Assembly: GCA_963745235.1 (NCBI GenBank)
Contig: CAVUXE010000074.1
Location: 1-14,379, forward strand
Direction: 5' to 3'
Length of the DNA stretch: 14,379 nt
From: an uncultured Spirochaetota bacterium
GTDB taxonomy: Bacteria; Spirochaetota; Spirochaetia; SZUA-6; Fen-1364
A program made the translations under genes and the position numbers. This document shows positions 1 through 8,223 of this stretch, in pieces. Numbering within the stretch: the first letter of the stretch is position 1; each line of letters opens with the position of its first letter. Below the pieces are notes generated by a model, which did no database searches, was not told the origin of the DNA, and worked only from the letters and a program-made list of their open reading frames with translations.

Positions 1-54
1 AGAAGGCGGAGTTATCGGCAGTGCGGAAAGGCTCAAGCCGCCGGGGGGCACGCA

Positions 55-696
55 TCATTCCTCCCGATCTGAATGCGAACCAGAACCTTCCCTCACTGCC
101 TCAAGGCCCTCGTGAATAATGAACCAGACAAATCCAAGGGCGGCGATAGAGTCCGCCCACCACCAGCCAAACAACGCGGTCGCCGCGACTCCCGTAAGCA
201 GAATCCAGGACATGTACGCGCAAACCATGCTGCAGGATCCGTCGGAGACAAGCGCCTTGCTGCACACTTTCCGACCAATCCTTTTCTTGGCAAACGCAAG
301 GATAGGCATCAGAACGCTAGACGCTGCCGCTATTCCGATTCCAAGGGCGTTTGCTTCAGGGCGAGCGTGTGAGAATAGCGACGCAGCCGATGCGACGACG
401 ATATAAACCGCGAGTGCAAGCAAGGAAACCCCGACAATCCATGACGCCACGCGCTCGGCGTGTTCGACTCGCTCCACACTCTCGCCTTTGGCTTCGACGT
501 AGAGCCTCCAGAGGATCGCCGCTCCCGCGACCAGCTCGATGACACTATCTGCTCCGAAAGCCACCAGAGCGACCGAATGGGCAAGCACGCCGGCCGTAAC
601 GGCGACGACAGCTTCAACTACCATCCATGCCGCGGAGAGCCACTCGACCAGAATCCCGCGTTCCAACTGGGGGGCGTGATCAACGACGCTCGACAT
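55..696 (-). CDS. Cation diffusion facilitator-like (TMEM163-like) divalent cation transporter, membrane domain only
   Basis: 213 aa with about six hydrophobic helices. Contains 'SVALVAFGADSVIE' (CDF TM2 D-x3-E), 'KRIGRKVCSKALVSDG' and 'GWWWADSIAAL'. No long cytoplasmic C-terminal domain. Last gene of the minus-strand metal cluster. Confidence 0.8.
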   Translation of the reverse strand: MSSVVDHAPQLERGILVEWLSAAWMVVEAVVAVTAGVLAHSVALVAFGADSVIELVAGAAILWRLYVEAKGESVERVEHAERVASWIVGVSLLALAVYIVVASAASLFSHARPEANALGIGIAAASSVLMPILAFAKKRIGRKVCSKALVSDGSCSMVCAYMSWILLTGVAATALFGWWWADSIAALGFVWFIIHEGLEAVREGSGSHSDREE

Positions 697-730
697 TCAC
701 GACTCCCGCAAACCGATCATAAACATCACG

Positions 731-1711
731 TCAGCTCCTTGCGGAATGCCTTGGGGGATGAACACTTGGCCTGCCACGGTCTTGTGACGGTTTGCCTTCT
801 TCTGTTGCGGTAAGAGGCAATAGGAGAAGCGGGATATTCGTGCCCGATACCACCTGGGCAGCAACGCTCCCAGCCCAGAATGCTTCAGCCCCCACTCTGC
901 CGTGAGTGCCCATCACGATGAGGTCCGCCGAAAGACGTTCAGCCGCTTTGGAAATCACCCGTGCTGCCTTTCCCCTCCCGACCTCGCTTCCCGTGCGGAC
1001 CCCCTTAACCTGTAACTCCCTTTCTTTGGTCCTGAGATAGTCTCGCGCGGCAGAGCTCTCAATTTCCAACTTGACGCGTGTCGTCCCTGGCAAAAGAAGC
1101 CCGAACGCCCCTTGGAATCCACTGAGCCTGGCCAGCGTGGGCACAACCATCAGAAGCTGCAATCGGCAGTGAAAAGCGAGAGCAAGATCGGATGCAAACA
1201 ACAAGCTCATTTCATGCGATGGCTCAGCGTCGATTGGAGCCAGGATCATGCGCCAGTCCGCGTTTGCGATCATATTTTGAGAGCCCTCAGGGGGACGCAC
1301 TACCAGAACTGGGGTCTTTCCTAGTGCCGTGACTTGCTGAGCGAGGTTCCCGAACAGAAGCCGTTGGGCCCCTCCCCTCCCATGAGTGCTCATGACAATC
1401 AGATCAGGGGCAAGCTCTTCCGAATGTTCCTTTATGCTTTTGGCGACGTCACTCACGAGCGACGCGTGCACATGAGTCGACACACGTATTCCAGCCAGAA
1501 CCGACAGGTGCGCGACTTCATCCAGGTACGCCGAAGCCTCATCTTCGGTGACCAAATGTCTCTCGTTGTGAACCTCCGAAGGCGCATCCTTCTCAATCAG
1601 ATGGAGAAGGGTCACGGAGGCCTTCAAGCGCTTCGCCAAGGATGCGACGATCCCCAAAGCCGATTCCGCCAATCGCGAGCCGTCAAGGGGGACAAGGATG
1701 TGCTTGAACAT
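731..1711 (-). CDS. Universal stress protein with two USP domains
   Basis: Starts MFKHILVPLDGS. Two 'DLIVMxTHGRxG' motifs followed by 'LFGNLAQQV' and 'WAGSVAAQV'. ATG at 1711 follows a GGGAGG-like RBS; the alternative GTG at 1759 overlaps the mntH stop. Confidence 0.92.
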   Translation of the reverse strand: MFKHILVPLDGSRLAESALGIVASLAKRLKASVTLLHLIEKDAPSEVHNERHLVTEDEASAYLDEVAHLSVLAGIRVSTHVHASLVSDVAKSIKEHSEELAPDLIVMSTHGRGGAQRLLFGNLAQQVTALGKTPVLVVRPPEGSQNMIANADWRMILAPIDAEPSHEMSLLFASDLALAFHCRLQLLMVVPTLARLSGFQGAFGLLLPGTTRVKLEIESSAARDYLRTKERELQVKGVRTGSEVGRGKAARVISKAAERLSADLIVMGTHGRVGAEAFWAGSVAAQVVSGTNIPLLLLPLTATEEGKPSQDRGRPSVHPPRHSARS

Positions 1712-1755
1712 CGCATTACCCTCCCGAGAAGATCTGGTTGCCGGTCTTTTCGTTT

Positions 1756-3084
1756 TCACTGGCTACCCCCGCCCATGCCGGGGAACTGTCCGCCGAAAGT
1801 CTGGTACAGCAGAACCACATTCAACACGAGGATGACTGTCGCACACAGAATTGCAAGCACATTCGTTGCGCGTCGATTGACGAGGGTTCCCATGAGCTTA
1901 CGGTTACGAGTGAACATGATCAGTGTGATAACGGGGATCGGCAAGGTGAAGCTCAGCACGACCTGGCTTAAGACAAGCGTCCTCGTCGGGTCGAGTCCAA
2001 GAGCTATTACAAGCAAGGCGGGGATCATTGTCGCCAGCCGCCGGATCCAGACTGGGATCCGAAAGCCCACAAATCCCTGCATCACAACCTGTCCTGCCAT
2101 GGTCCCAACATGCGAGCTGGAGATCCCAGAGGCAAACAGCGATATGCCAAAAATCAAGGCCGCACCTCCACCGAGCAGGGGTCCAAGGGTCTGGTAGGCG
2201 GTGTTGATGTCCGCAACATCCGCGTGGCCGGTGAAGTGGAATACCTTGGCCGCCATGAATAGCATCGCCATGTTCACCAGACCTGCTATTGCCATGGCGA
2301 TCACAACATCGATTTTCTCAAATCCAAAGATGCGCCGCTTCTCTTTTTCATCCAGAGCCACGATCCGATGCTGCGTCAACGCCGAGTGAAGGTAGATCAC
2401 GTGCGGCATGACCGTCGCCCCTATTATCCCCACCGAAAGCAGGACCGCGTCGCTTCCCGGGAGGCTCGGAACAAAGCTGTGGAAGGCGACCTGACCCCAG
2501 TCGGGCTTCGCCATGATCGTCTCAACCAAATAGCAGAATGCGATTATTCCTGCGGCTCCACCGATGAAAATCTCCAATCCGCGAAAACCGCGCTGTGTGA
2601 CGCCCAAAATGATGAAAACGGCCACCCCTGTGATTCCAGCGGCCCAGAACATCGGAACGTGAAAAAGCAGGTTGATGCCGATCGCAGCACCGAGGAACTC
2701 CGCGAGGTCGGTTGCCATCGCCGTAGCTTCTTGGGTTATCCAAAGCGTGTAGCATACCCATGGAGCGAACCGAGCTCGGCACATCTCGGCAAGATTCATT
2801 CCAGTAGCGATGCCCAGCTTTGCCGAAAGACTCTGAATGAGCATCGCCATAAGGTTCGCCATCAGGATGACCCACAGCAGGGCGTAGCCGAACTGGGCTC
2901 CGCCCTGGATGTTGGTCGCAAAGTTGCCAGGGTCTATGTAGGCAATCGAAGCGATGAAAGCTGGGCCAATAAAAGGCAGCACTCGGAGGAGACCGCGGCG
3001 CCTGCCTTCGATCGCTTCACGGGCTGCCCGCTGAAGCTTGGGATGAGGAGCGCTCGCGGTTCCTCCGACTCTTACGTCTGCCAT
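1756..3084 (-). CDS. mntH: Nramp family divalent metal (Mn2+/Fe2+) transporter MntH
   Basis: 442 aa with the hallmark motifs YIDPGNF (TM1), GATVMPHVIYLHS (TM6), GTMAGQVVMQGF and LVLSQVVLSF. Confidence 0.96.
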   Translation of the reverse strand: MADVRVGGTASAPHPKLQRAAREAIEGRRRGLLRVLPFIGPAFIASIAYIDPGNFATNIQGGAQFGYALLWVILMANLMAMLIQSLSAKLGIATGMNLAEMCRARFAPWVCYTLWITQEATAMATDLAEFLGAAIGINLLFHVPMFWAAGITGVAVFIILGVTQRGFRGLEIFIGGAAGIIAFCYLVETIMAKPDWGQVAFHSFVPSLPGSDAVLLSVGIIGATVMPHVIYLHSALTQHRIVALDEKEKRRIFGFEKIDVVIAMAIAGLVNMAMLFMAAKVFHFTGHADVADINTAYQTLGPLLGGGAALIFGISLFASGISSSHVGTMAGQVVMQGFVGFRIPVWIRRLATMIPALLVIALGLDPTRTLVLSQVVLSFTLPIPVITLIMFTRNRKLMGTLVNRRATNVLAILCATVILVLNVVLLYQTFGGQFPGMGGGSQ

Positions 3085-3090
3085 ATGAGC

Positions 3091-3780
3091 CTATCCTTTC
3101 TTTGGACTGACCTGTGTCGTGGAGACCAGCACGCAGCAGGCAATACTTTCCCCGACCGGCTCGTCGAGGCTCGAAGCAAGCTCAAGCCTCATGATGCCAC
3201 TGCCACTATCGGCAACCTTCACTCTCACCACGGCGCCTGGCACGAGCCCGATAGATTCCAGATGCCGCAGCTGCTTGGGGTCTCTGCAGATGAGCTGGCT
3301 GACTACCGCGTTCTCGCCCGAGCCCAGCGACGCAAGCGGCACAAGGTTTCTTTCGCTGATACGTCCATCACGGTCAGGGATCGGCGAACCGTGTGGGTCA
3401 TAGGCTGGACGCCCGAGCACCTCGTCAATTTTCTCTTCCAGCTTTTCGGAAATAGCGTGCTCGAGTCTGTCTGCTTCGTCGTCAAGAGCCTCGAGGCCAA
3501 ACCCAAGGGCGCGCTGCAGGTACGTTTCGATGAGGCGATGGTGGCGCACCATTTCAAGAGCGAGCCGCTCCCCCGCCATGGTCAAGGTGACAGAGAGGTA
3601 GGGCGTATACGAGATAAGCTTTCGCGACGCGAGCTTCTTCAGCATGCTCGTTACCGAAGGCTGCGAAACGCCGAGTCTCTCTGCTAGGAGTGAAGTTGAA
3701 ACCCCGCCCGCCTCCCTTTCCAGGCAATAGATGGCCCTGAGGTAATCCTGAAGAGCCCCTGAAAGCGCTGTCACAAGCAT
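3091..3780 (-). CDS. mntR: DtxR/MntR family metal-dependent transcriptional regulator with C-terminal FeoA/SH3-like domain
   Basis: QDYLRAIY; wHTH 'LAERLGVSQPSVTSMLKKL'; 'RHHRLIETYL'; 'EADRLEHAIS'; 'DPHGSPIP'; FeoA-like 'LESIGLVPGAVVRV'. GGAGGAG RBS at 3788-3794. Confidence 0.95.
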   Translation of the reverse strand: MLVTALSGALQDYLRAIYCLEREAGGVSTSLLAERLGVSQPSVTSMLKKLASRKLISYTPYLSVTLTMAGERLALEMVRHHRLIETYLQRALGFGLEALDDEADRLEHAISEKLEEKIDEVLGRPAYDPHGSPIPDRDGRISERNLVPLASLGSGENAVVSQLICRDPKQLRHLESIGLVPGAVVRVKVADSGSGIMRLELASSLDEPVGESIACCVLVSTTQVSPKKG

Positions 3781-3802
3781 TGTTCAGCTCCTCCAAACCA
3801 TT

Positions 3803-3820
3803 AATTAGACATACCTAAAT
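3803..3820. promoter_or_regulatory. Putative DtxR/MntR operator
   Basis: AT-rich imperfect palindrome TTAG-ACATAC-CTAA (3805-3818; minus strand TTAGGTATGTCTAA) just upstream of the mntR RBS. Resembles TTAGG...CCTAA boxes bound by DtxR-family repressors. Confidence 0.7.
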
Positions 3821-4062
3821 TATTAGCTCCAGATGAGGAAGTCAAACGCAAGGCGATACCGCGGTTCAAGCAAAGGACTGATAAAGCAGCCGACATCCAT
3901 TCGGATTAAAGAGCTGCGCGTGCCATTCTCTTTCTTGGCTTGCCGAACGGGCTCTGGGTAGACCCAATGCCGGTCATCGGCAGTGCAACGGACTTCGAAC
4001 GTCGCCAAGCGATAGCCCAAGCGAATCCGCGGGTTCGGGCTTTCAGCGGGACTGCCCGAAGC

Positions 4063-4803
4063 TTATGGCTTCTCCGCCATGACGAGGCGCACTGCCCAGG
4101 GCACCCCAAACCAACAACGCCAATCCATGGGGCGTTCCTTCACGACCTTCATTCCCCGCTCGCGGAGATGTTTCGCGTAAGCCCCGACCATCGGAAGCAG
4201 GTCAACTATGACAAGCTTGCCCGTAGGCTTGAGCACCCGGACCGCTTCATCCAGTGCCCTGAACCGCCCCGCTTCACCCTTGATGTTGTGGATCGCGAGG
4301 CTTGAAACGACCAAATCGAACATGGCGTCGAGGAACGGCATCGCCATCATGTTCCCCGTCTCCACCTTGCATCTTTCCTTCACGCACTCGATCTCCAGAT
4401 TTCGCAGCGTTGCCTCGGGGCTATTGCCTGATTGGTCGACGGTGCTCCACAGGTCAAGCCCGAAAGCGCGCCCTCGCTGCAGCCGTTTCGCAGCCAGGCT
4501 CAAGACAGCGCCGCGACCGCACCCCACATCCAGCACCTGTTCGTCGCCCCGAAGGTGAAGAGTGTCAAGCAGCTCCGCCCAGACCAGGAACTTTCCCCTT
4601 CGTGTCGAATAGATGTAGCTCAGGAGCGTTGCAAGAGGAAAAAAACCGAGAACGCCTCCAAGAATTGTGAGGAACAGGTAACCAAGAAGCGCGAACAGGA
4701 GCGCGAGGCCCCAGAACACGAGTACGATCCCTCCCAGTGCGAAGATGCCAGAGGGATTATCAAAGCCGTAATCACCGAGCGGTTTCTGAGTTGTGCTGTC
4801 CAT
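4063..4803 (-). CDS. Class I SAM-dependent methyltransferase with N-terminal membrane anchor
   Basis: Motif I VLDVGCGRG, then 'FDLVVSSLAIHNI' and 'RVLKPTGKLVIVD'. Two hydrophobic N-terminal segments. Confidence 0.9.
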   Translation of the reverse strand: MDSTTQKPLGDYGFDNPSGIFALGGIVLVFWGLALLFALLGYLFLTILGGVLGFFPLATLLSYIYSTRRGKFLVWAELLDTLHLRGDEQVLDVGCGRGAVLSLAAKRLQRGRAFGLDLWSTVDQSGNSPEATLRNLEIECVKERCKVETGNMMAMPFLDAMFDLVVSSLAIHNIKGEAGRFRALDEAVRVLKPTGKLVIVDLLPMVGAYAKHLRERGMKVVKERPMDWRCWFGVPWAVRLVMAEKP

Positions 4804-4922
4804 CGTTGTCGCCCCCGGGTGAGTACAGACTGGTTTCCGCTGACATTATTGCAATTGCTGAAGAATGCTGGAAGGGCGTAGCCGCGGTTTGCGACAGTAG
4901 ACAGATTCGCCCTTATCGGCTC

Positions 4923-5189
4923 TCATTCGCTCTCCCATCCAGTTCCCGATTCTTTCTCGCGAGACGCCGTCCTCAACGCGGCTGCATCCTCCAGGTCCTC
5001 GCGACGATGCAAAAATGCATCTGTCACAGTTTCATGCGGCGCGCCATCAAGCTTGCAATCGAGACAGCGGACAAAGTATCGGCCCTCGCCGTTGATGCGC
5101 GTGATAACGTTACGATGGGCACAGCGAATAGCCCCACTCCCCGCCGCCCGCACGGACTCACCATCCAGTTTTTGCTGCTTTCCTCTCAT
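4923..5189 (-). CDS. Small hypothetical protein with a possible Zn ribbon (CxH...CxxC)
   Basis: ATG at 5189 with GGAGG at 5200-5204; 88 aa; contains RCAH...YFVRCLDC. Confidence 0.5.
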   Translation of the reverse strand: MRGKQQKLDGESVRAAGSGAIRCAHRNVITRINGEGRYFVRCLDCKLDGAPHETVTDAFLHRREDLEDAAALRTASREKESGTGWESE

Positions 5190-5302
5190 TTCCGTATGTC
5201 CTCCGTCTCCCTCGGAAGGGAGCTGGGAGTTCCGCCCCCGACGATGAATTGGCATTTTCGCTGGGATAGTTACACGGAACGGAAGCCTGATCAGGAGGCG
5301 TG

Positions 5303-5560
5303 CTACTGAACTTGACGACCTGAAGGTCTCGGACGTGAGGTTAAGCGCCTCGGTCTGCCAGCGCGCCGTGCCACTTCAATAAGAGAGCTCAGCGCCTCGT
5401 TGACCGCATGATCCGTGGGGAAGGCGGCTGCCACCTCCGGCGTGAGCAACACCAAATTTGTACCCTCTCGGTATGATTTCAAATACTTTCCGCGGACGCC
5501 TTTGCCGAGCTCCTCACGACTATACTCCGACCGAAGTTCCTCAGGGTTACCCTTCCTCAT
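5303..5560 (-). CDS. brnA: BrnA-like antitoxin
   Basis: 85 aa, overlaps the brnT stop. Pattern 'ELRSEY...GVRGKY...LVLLTPEVAAAFPTDHAVNEALSSL' is typical of BrnT partners. Confidence 0.8.
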   Translation of the reverse strand: MRKGNPEELRSEYSREELGKGVRGKYLKSYREGTNLVLLTPEVAAAFPTDHAVNEALSSLIEVARRAGRPRRLTSRPRPSGRQVQ

Positions 5561-5819
5561 AAATCTCTCTTTCCCGCCGCGTCAAGCGACGAGCGCTGAT
5601 TATCCGTGTCGTTTGCCCTCGATCGGTGTGTGATACAACCAAGAGATGACCTGAGCCAGACAATCCAAACGTAAGAAAGCGGTGCTCGGTCGTTGAATGC
5701 TCCGGGTCATGGAAAGTAATTGCCACAGGATCCCCGAATACGGTTGCCGCCTCGTGAAATGAAACACGATGCTTCTTCGCGTTTGCGCTTGCCTTCCGTT
5801 CGTCCCATGCAAATTCCAT
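5547..5819 (-). CDS. brnT: BrnT family ribonuclease toxin
   Basis: MEFAWDERKASANAKKHRVSFHEAATVF...EHRFLTFG...RIISARRLTRREREIYE matches the BrnT (DUF497) consensus. Confidence 0.93.
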   Translation of the reverse strand: MEFAWDERKASANAKKHRVSFHEAATVFGDPVAITFHDPEHSTTEHRFLTFGLSGSGHLLVVSHTDRGQTTRIISARRLTRREREIYEEG

Positions 5820-6029
5820 CTTCCGCGCTTCTTATACACCGTAGTCCGGCTCGCGCGTAAGATCAAGCGCGAAGTGAACAGATGCCCATTATGGACAGTA
5901 GACATCGATTTCCCCCGGGAGCCCGGCGGAGTCAAAACGCGCCTGTCCGTCCTCCCTCTCGTTATCTTGAAACCACTCGACAATGGCGGCTCGTACCTTG
6001 CGATATTCTTTACTGGCATCCTTCGCCAT

Positions 6030-6326
6030 TTATCCTTGCTCGAAGCATAAAGCAAAGGCTTCCTCCATCGGATCTTCTTGGTATTCTCTTCGCTCCTGTA
6101 CCGTGAGTTTTTCTTTTCCCTTTGCCAGAAGAAAATGCCTTGGGTTGCCGCAGCAGGTACTGCAGAGCGCCATATTGTCGGCGTGCTTCTTTGCCCACAG
6201 GAGAACCTGCTCCCTTGAGGGATAGGGCGGGTGCAAGAACTCTTGCCAGGCATCACGATATACGCGAAAGGCGTTTCTGATTTTTCTCGTTTTTTGAGCC
6301 AACCTGTATGCTCTTGTTCGAGTCAT
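6030..6326 (-). CDS. Basic hypothetical protein with a CSxCCGNPR motif
   Basis: 98 aa; GAGGGAG RBS before the ATG; R/K-rich N terminus; 'LCSTCCGNPRH...KLTVQERR'. Confidence 0.7.
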   Translation of the reverse strand: MTRTRAYRLAQKTRKIRNAFRVYRDAWQEFLHPPYPSREQVLLWAKKHADNMALCSTCCGNPRHFLLAKGKEKLTVQERREYQEDPMEEAFALCFEQG

Positions 6327-6440
6327 ATAGCTCCCTCACAATTGTGGGAATTGATTCCGGCGTCAAGTGGGAACGAAATCGGGGAGGCACGCACTCGAAG
6401 GCAAGCAGACCAATTCCCCGTTATGAACAGTACAGCTTTC

Positions 6441-6671
6441 CTACCTCATTCCAGCATCGTTCAAGTAGTGCATAATTATCTCACGCAGTCCCCTTGATAA
6501 ATCGGTACCCCTAGCACGGAAGTGAGCCACGAGCTGCGCCTTCGCTGCCGGCGGGAGGCGGATCCCGACAACGACAGACCTGTCTTTTGGCAAGCCAGCC
6601 AAGCGTTCCCTCTCGCCACCCAGAAGACGCTGCGCAGCTGCGGTGGCGCTGGTCAGTTTCCGCTTCGCCAC
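6441..6671 (-). CDS. Small RHH-like DNA-binding protein, likely ParA adaptor (ParG-like, type Ib partition)
   Basis: GTG start 4 nt after the parA stop. Flexible basic N terminus followed by a beta-alpha-alpha pattern 'VVVGIRLPPAAKAQLVAHFRARGTDLSRGLREIIMHYL'. Confidence 0.7.
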   Translation of the reverse strand: MAKRKLTSATAAAQRLLGGERERLAGLPKDRSVVVGIRLPPAAKAQLVAHFRARGTDLSRGLREIIMHYLNDAGMR

Positions 6672-6675
6672 CAGA

Positions 6676-7434
6676 CTACCCAGCGATAGCCACTGCCAGG
6701 CGCGAGAGTTCTTGGCGTGTCTCGGTTTTCATCCGGTCACGGCCCCCGACATCCTGCGCAGTTCGATGCTCAGCTTGCGCTTTTCGAAACACGGGATCCT
6801 GCCCAATGGTAAATGTCTCATAGTCAGGGCTTTTCGTAGCGACGTTGTAAATTTCCTCATGCTGCCCGATGGCCCGGTTCAGGGCGTTTATTACCAAGCG
6901 ACGATAGGTGAGGGTCCGGCGGTAAGCCTTCTCGATCTTCCCTACCTCATCTCGAAAGACCTCTAGCCCATCAAGGGCGAAGACGTCGGGAGTCATCGGA
7001 ATTACTACCTCGTCGGTAGCAGCAATAACGGCCCTTTCAAGAAGCGACATTCCAGGGGATAGATCCATCACGGCTACCTCGAAACCTAACATCTCTAAAC
7101 GTTCCAAAATATTGACGAACGCAAAGGGCTCACGAGTAAGTTGATTTTCCCCAAATGCCTTCAATTCCCCATCGAGAGAGAAAGTCGGCAAAAGAGAGAG
7201 GGAACGACGAACCTCCGTCAAAGCGGCCGTAGGCTCCACCCGTCCAAAAAGGACATCTGCCGCCTCATACTGAACATCGCGATCACCAAGAAGCCAACTT
7301 GTCGTATTCCCCTGTGGATCCAGGTCAAGCAGTACCGTGGACTTGCCCGCGTCCGCCATAGCAACCGCGGTGGATACTGACAACGTGGTTTTCCCAACGC
7401 CGCCTTTCTGCAAGTGAAACGCTACCTTTCGCAT
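6676..7434 (-). CDS. parA: ParA family partition ATPase
   Basis: Deviant Walker A QKGGVGKTT, A' LLDLDPQGN, Walker B VMDLSPG. ATG at 7434 follows GGGGAGGG. No N-terminal HTH, consistent with type Ib. Confidence 0.93.
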   Translation of the reverse strand: MRKVAFHLQKGGVGKTTLSVSTAVAMADAGKSTVLLDLDPQGNTTSWLLGDRDVQYEAADVLFGRVEPTAALTEVRRSLSLLPTFSLDGELKAFGENQLTREPFAFVNILERLEMLGFEVAVMDLSPGMSLLERAVIAATDEVVIPMTPDVFALDGLEVFRDEVGKIEKAYRRTLTYRRLVINALNRAIGQHEEIYNVATKSPDYETFTIGQDPVFRKAQAEHRTAQDVGGRDRMKTETRQELSRLAVAIAG

Positions 7435-7445
7435 TATCCCCTCCC

Positions 7446-7502
7446 CGTTAACACCGGTTAACACCCAATCTCTCTCAAGCATGGTGTTAACGGGTGTTGT
7501 AC
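7446..7502. repeat. Four 10-bp repeats upstream of parA (putative centromere/operator)
   Basis: CGTTAACACC (7446-7455), GGTTAACACC (7456-7465), 17-bp spacer, then inverted GGTGTTAACG (7483-7492) and GGTGTTGTAC (7493-7502). Confidence 0.75.
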
Positions 7503-7657
7503 ATGAAAGTCATGCGTGCGTCAAGAACTCCAAAATCGCATGGTGGGCCTACAACGCGTTTCAAGAGAGCGTGCCGTATGATTTCATGAGGTCGCCCGAA
7601 AAGTTTTGCTCTAGAGCATTTTTTGGGAGGTGGTATCATGCAGGCCTGGAGGCAACC

Positions 7658-7852
7658 ATGGATTTCAGGCGGTTTCGGGTTTACGTCGATGAGGTGGCGG
7701 AGGGGAAGGGGTTCGACAAGGATGAGGCTTTTCCGGTTCTTGCCATGAAGGATGGGCCAGAAGGCACGGAACTCCTTCTCCCGGACATCAAGAAAAGACT
7801 CACTTGGGTAAAGATGAAAAACACAAAATTCATGGGATTGAGCAGGGTGTAG
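7658..7852 (+). CDS. Small hypothetical protein (64 aa)
   Basis: GGAGG RBS before ATG 7658. Sequence MDFRRFRVYVDEVAEG...LTWVKMKNTKFMGLSRV looks globular and beta-rich. Confidence 0.55.
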   Translation: MDFRRFRVYVDEVAEGKGFDKDEAFPVLAMKDGPEGTELLLPDIKKRLTWVKMKNTKFMGLSRV

Positions 7853-7995
7853 GAATATGGCGGACTCTACTTGCGTTCGCTTGTTGTTGGTCCACAGACC
7901 GTGACACTTTGGGTATACGTGAGATTCGGAGCGGCAGAGAGGGTACGCCGGCCGCTTCGGATTTTTGTATAATGACAGGAAGAGAGGCCATAGGA

Positions 7996-8223
7996 ATGAC
8001 TGTTCAGCTCGATCTGGACTTCATACAAGTCAAGAGACTCGTTGACCGCCTTCCGAAAAAGGAGAAGGAAACGCTCGCGCGCTACCTAGATGACCAGACA
8101 CTTTTCGAGGAAATGCGACAGGTTCAGCGCGAGCTCAAAGACACCCCGATAACCCTGGAGGAGATCACCGCGGAGGTGAAAGCGGTCCGCAAGACCCGGG
8201 CTGCCCGTGCGCGCAGTCATTGA
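7996..8223 (+). CDS. VapB-type antitoxin of the downstream PIN toxin
   Basis: 75 aa, overlaps the PIN gene. 'QLDLDFIQVKRLVDRLPKKEK...ITLEEITAEVKAVR'. TATAAT at 7968-7973 upstream. Confidence 0.75.
   Translation: MTVQLDLDFIQVKRLVDRLPKKEKETLARYLDDQTLFEEMRQVQRELKDTPITLEEITAEVKAVRKTRAARARSH

Noticed and set aside
2368-3687. 439-aa plus-strand ORF (also 1334..2197)
   Set aside because: Antisense shadows of mntH, mntR and the USP gene in GC-rich DNA, with no recognisable motifs.
5883-5897. Imperfect palindrome TGCCCAT-T-ATGGACA upstream of brnT
   Set aside because: It could be a TA operator, but it is short, single and has no matching -35, which is not enough to call.
5600-6256. 218-aa minus-strand ORF and overlapping plus-strand ORFs
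   Set aside because: They overlap brnT and the CGNPR gene in other frames and have no motif or RBS support.
7446-7502. Possible CRISPR or mini-array
   Set aside because: The units are only 10 bp, partly inverted, lack unique spacers, and there are no cas genes.
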